Part shown: one piece after another, positions 62,963 to 64,000 of the stretch
Layout: each line of letters starts with the position of its first letter
Numbering within the stretch: position 1 is the first letter of the stretch
Notes under the pieces: generated by a model
What the model was told of the DNA's origin: nothing
Database searches by the model: none
Seen by the model: the letters and a program-made list of their open reading frames with translations, nothing else
From: an uncultured Rhodoferax sp.
GTDB taxonomy: Bacteria > Pseudomonadota > Gammaproteobacteria > Burkholderiales > Burkholderiaceae_C
DNA: 64,000 nt
NCBI GenBank assembly: GCA_964538895.1
Contig: CAZIGL010000002.1
Span: forward strand, 141,931-205,930
Reading direction: 5' to 3'
Translations under genes and position numbers: made by a program

Positions 62963-63946
62963 ATGGGCGAAACCGTGCGGTACAAACTTACAGCTTTTCT
63001 TGCAGCCACCGCGCTGGCTTGGCCGTTTTCACTTCAGGCAGCGGAACAGGTTTACAAACTCGGGCACATGTTCGCCAGGGAAAGTCTGCCGGATCGGGCG
63101 GCAAGGAAGTTTGCAGAAACTTTGTCGACGCGCAGCAAGGGCAACCTCAAGATCCAGGTCTATCCAGAAGGTTTGCTGGGTGACGAACGTGAGAATCTTG
63201 CCCAATTACGCAAGGGGGCACTGAATTTTTCCGTCACGGGCGATGTTGTCGTCAGCAACATCGGCGACAAATACCGCGTGGTCAACATGCCCTTCATGTA
63301 CCGCAGTGTGCAGCATGCCTTGCAAACCTATGAAAGCGATCTGGGCCTGGCGATTCGCAGCAATATCCGCACGGAAGGGGTGGATGTGCTGTCCTGGCAT
63401 TACGTTGGCACGCGCATGCTCACGGCGAACAAGCCGATTCGAAGCATGGCTGACATCAAAGGACTGCAATTGCGCCTGCCGCATGACAGTGCCTGGATTG
63501 CGACTTGGCAAGCGCTGGGTGCCAACCCGCGCCAGGTGCAATTCACCGAATTGGCGACGGCACTGAAAGTCGGTCGTGTCGACGCGCAGGAAAATCCCCC
63601 CGGTTTCATTCGCGCCAATCGGCTTTTCGAGAACCAGAAGTACCTGATGACGACAAACCACATGCCGCAGCGACAAATGATCCTGGTTGCCGGTGAGTTC
63701 TGGCGCAAGCTGCCCGCCAGCGAGCGGACGATGATCAGTGCCGCGGCGCGAGAAGCGTCGGAATGGGCCACCAATCAGGCCGAGTTGGAGCAGAAGATTG
63801 AGCAGGCGTGGCTGACGAAAGAAGGTGGCATGACCCTGGTCGAGTTCGATTTTCAGGGGGTCGCCGAAGCGGTTGCCGGTGTGCCGGCTGCGCTGGCCGG
63901 CAAGGAAGGTGAAGCGATCTTCAAACAGATCAGGGCGATGCGCTGA
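62963..63946 (+). CDS. TRAP transporter substrate-binding protein (DctP family)
   Basis: Signal peptide, then ...YPEGLLGDERENLAQLRKGALNFSVTG...NMPFMY... Confidence 0.85.
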   Translation: MGETVRYKLTAFLAATALAWPFSLQAAEQVYKLGHMFARESLPDRAARKFAETLSTRSKGNLKIQVYPEGLLGDERENLAQLRKGALNFSVTGDVVVSNIGDKYRVVNMPFMYRSVQHALQTYESDLGLAIRSNIRTEGVDVLSWHYVGTRMLTANKPIRSMADIKGLQLRLPHDSAWIATWQALGANPRQVQFTELATALKVGRVDAQENPPGFIRANRLFENQKYLMTTNHMPQRQMILVAGEFWRKLPASERTMISAAAREASEWATNQAELEQKIEQAWLTKEGGMTLVEFDFQGVAEAVAGVPAALAGKEGEAIFKQIRAMR

Positions 63947-64000
63947 TGTCTTTGCCGGGTGTTTCCCGCTTTGGTGCCGTCAAGGCCACGCCCATCCGGG
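63946..64000 (+). CDS. start of probable TRAP small permease (DctQ-like), truncated by window end
   Basis: The ATG overlaps the dctP-like stop (TGATG). Only 18 codons are visible, so the call rests on position. Confidence 0.35.
   Translation, partial: MSLPGVSRFGAVKATPIR

Overview
High-GC betaproteobacterial chromosome segment. Gene order and REP-like hairpin elements look like Burkholderiales/Comamonadaceae, but the taxon is an inference. About 60 protein genes are supported.

Most of the window is core housekeeping:
- moxR (partial), an HDAC-like gene, mscS, etfBA with a large acyl-CoA dehydrogenase, a GST and trhO.
- grpE-dnaK-dnaJ with sigma32-type promoters, an unlisted SRP (4.5S) RNA, and dnaX-ybaB-recR.
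- mltD-gloB, a yafS-like methyltransferase with rnhA, an RND efflux pair, cbpAM, a P-type ATPase, moaA-mobA-moeA and a TRAP dctP.
- Several clusters of small envelope/stress proteins are interspersed: DUF4398/OmpA, YihY, glycine zipper, BON, DUF883, DUF1328 and YegP.

The least ordinary part is 29.7-45.2 kb:
- A translationally coupled triad runs CHASE3-PAS hybrid kinase, then a CheB-CheR-PAS fusion, then a paralogous PAS hybrid kinase. No cheA, cheW or MCP gene is in the window.
- The fusion protein carries eight perfect heptads (a 21-bp DNA period) rich in Glu-Glu pairs. These resemble MCP methylation half-sites, so the protein may be its own methyl-accepting substrate.
- Downstream is a patchwork of gene fragments (DUF302, an EAL motif fragment, a small C-terminal stub).
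- After that come a stand-alone CheB-like esterase, a COG1067 Lon-like protease, a REC-PAS regulator and a Crp/Fnr regulator.
- The stretch ends with a decayed Mla/Mce-type lipid transporter remnant and a low-GC KilA-N gene.

Other points worth follow-up:
- An A9 run in dnaX has stops close by in both alternative frames, which could give a gamma subunit by slippage.
- An asmA-family gene is stop/start coupled to a lipoprotein PLD/cardiolipin-synthase-like gene.
- Two perfect palindromes lie upstream of etfB.
- There are at least four families of 70-100 bp intergenic hairpin repeats, two of which share a 13-nt core.

No CRISPR array, tRNA, rRNA, transposase or integrase was seen. All homology calls rest on reading the translated ORFs and motifs by eye. 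No searches were run.
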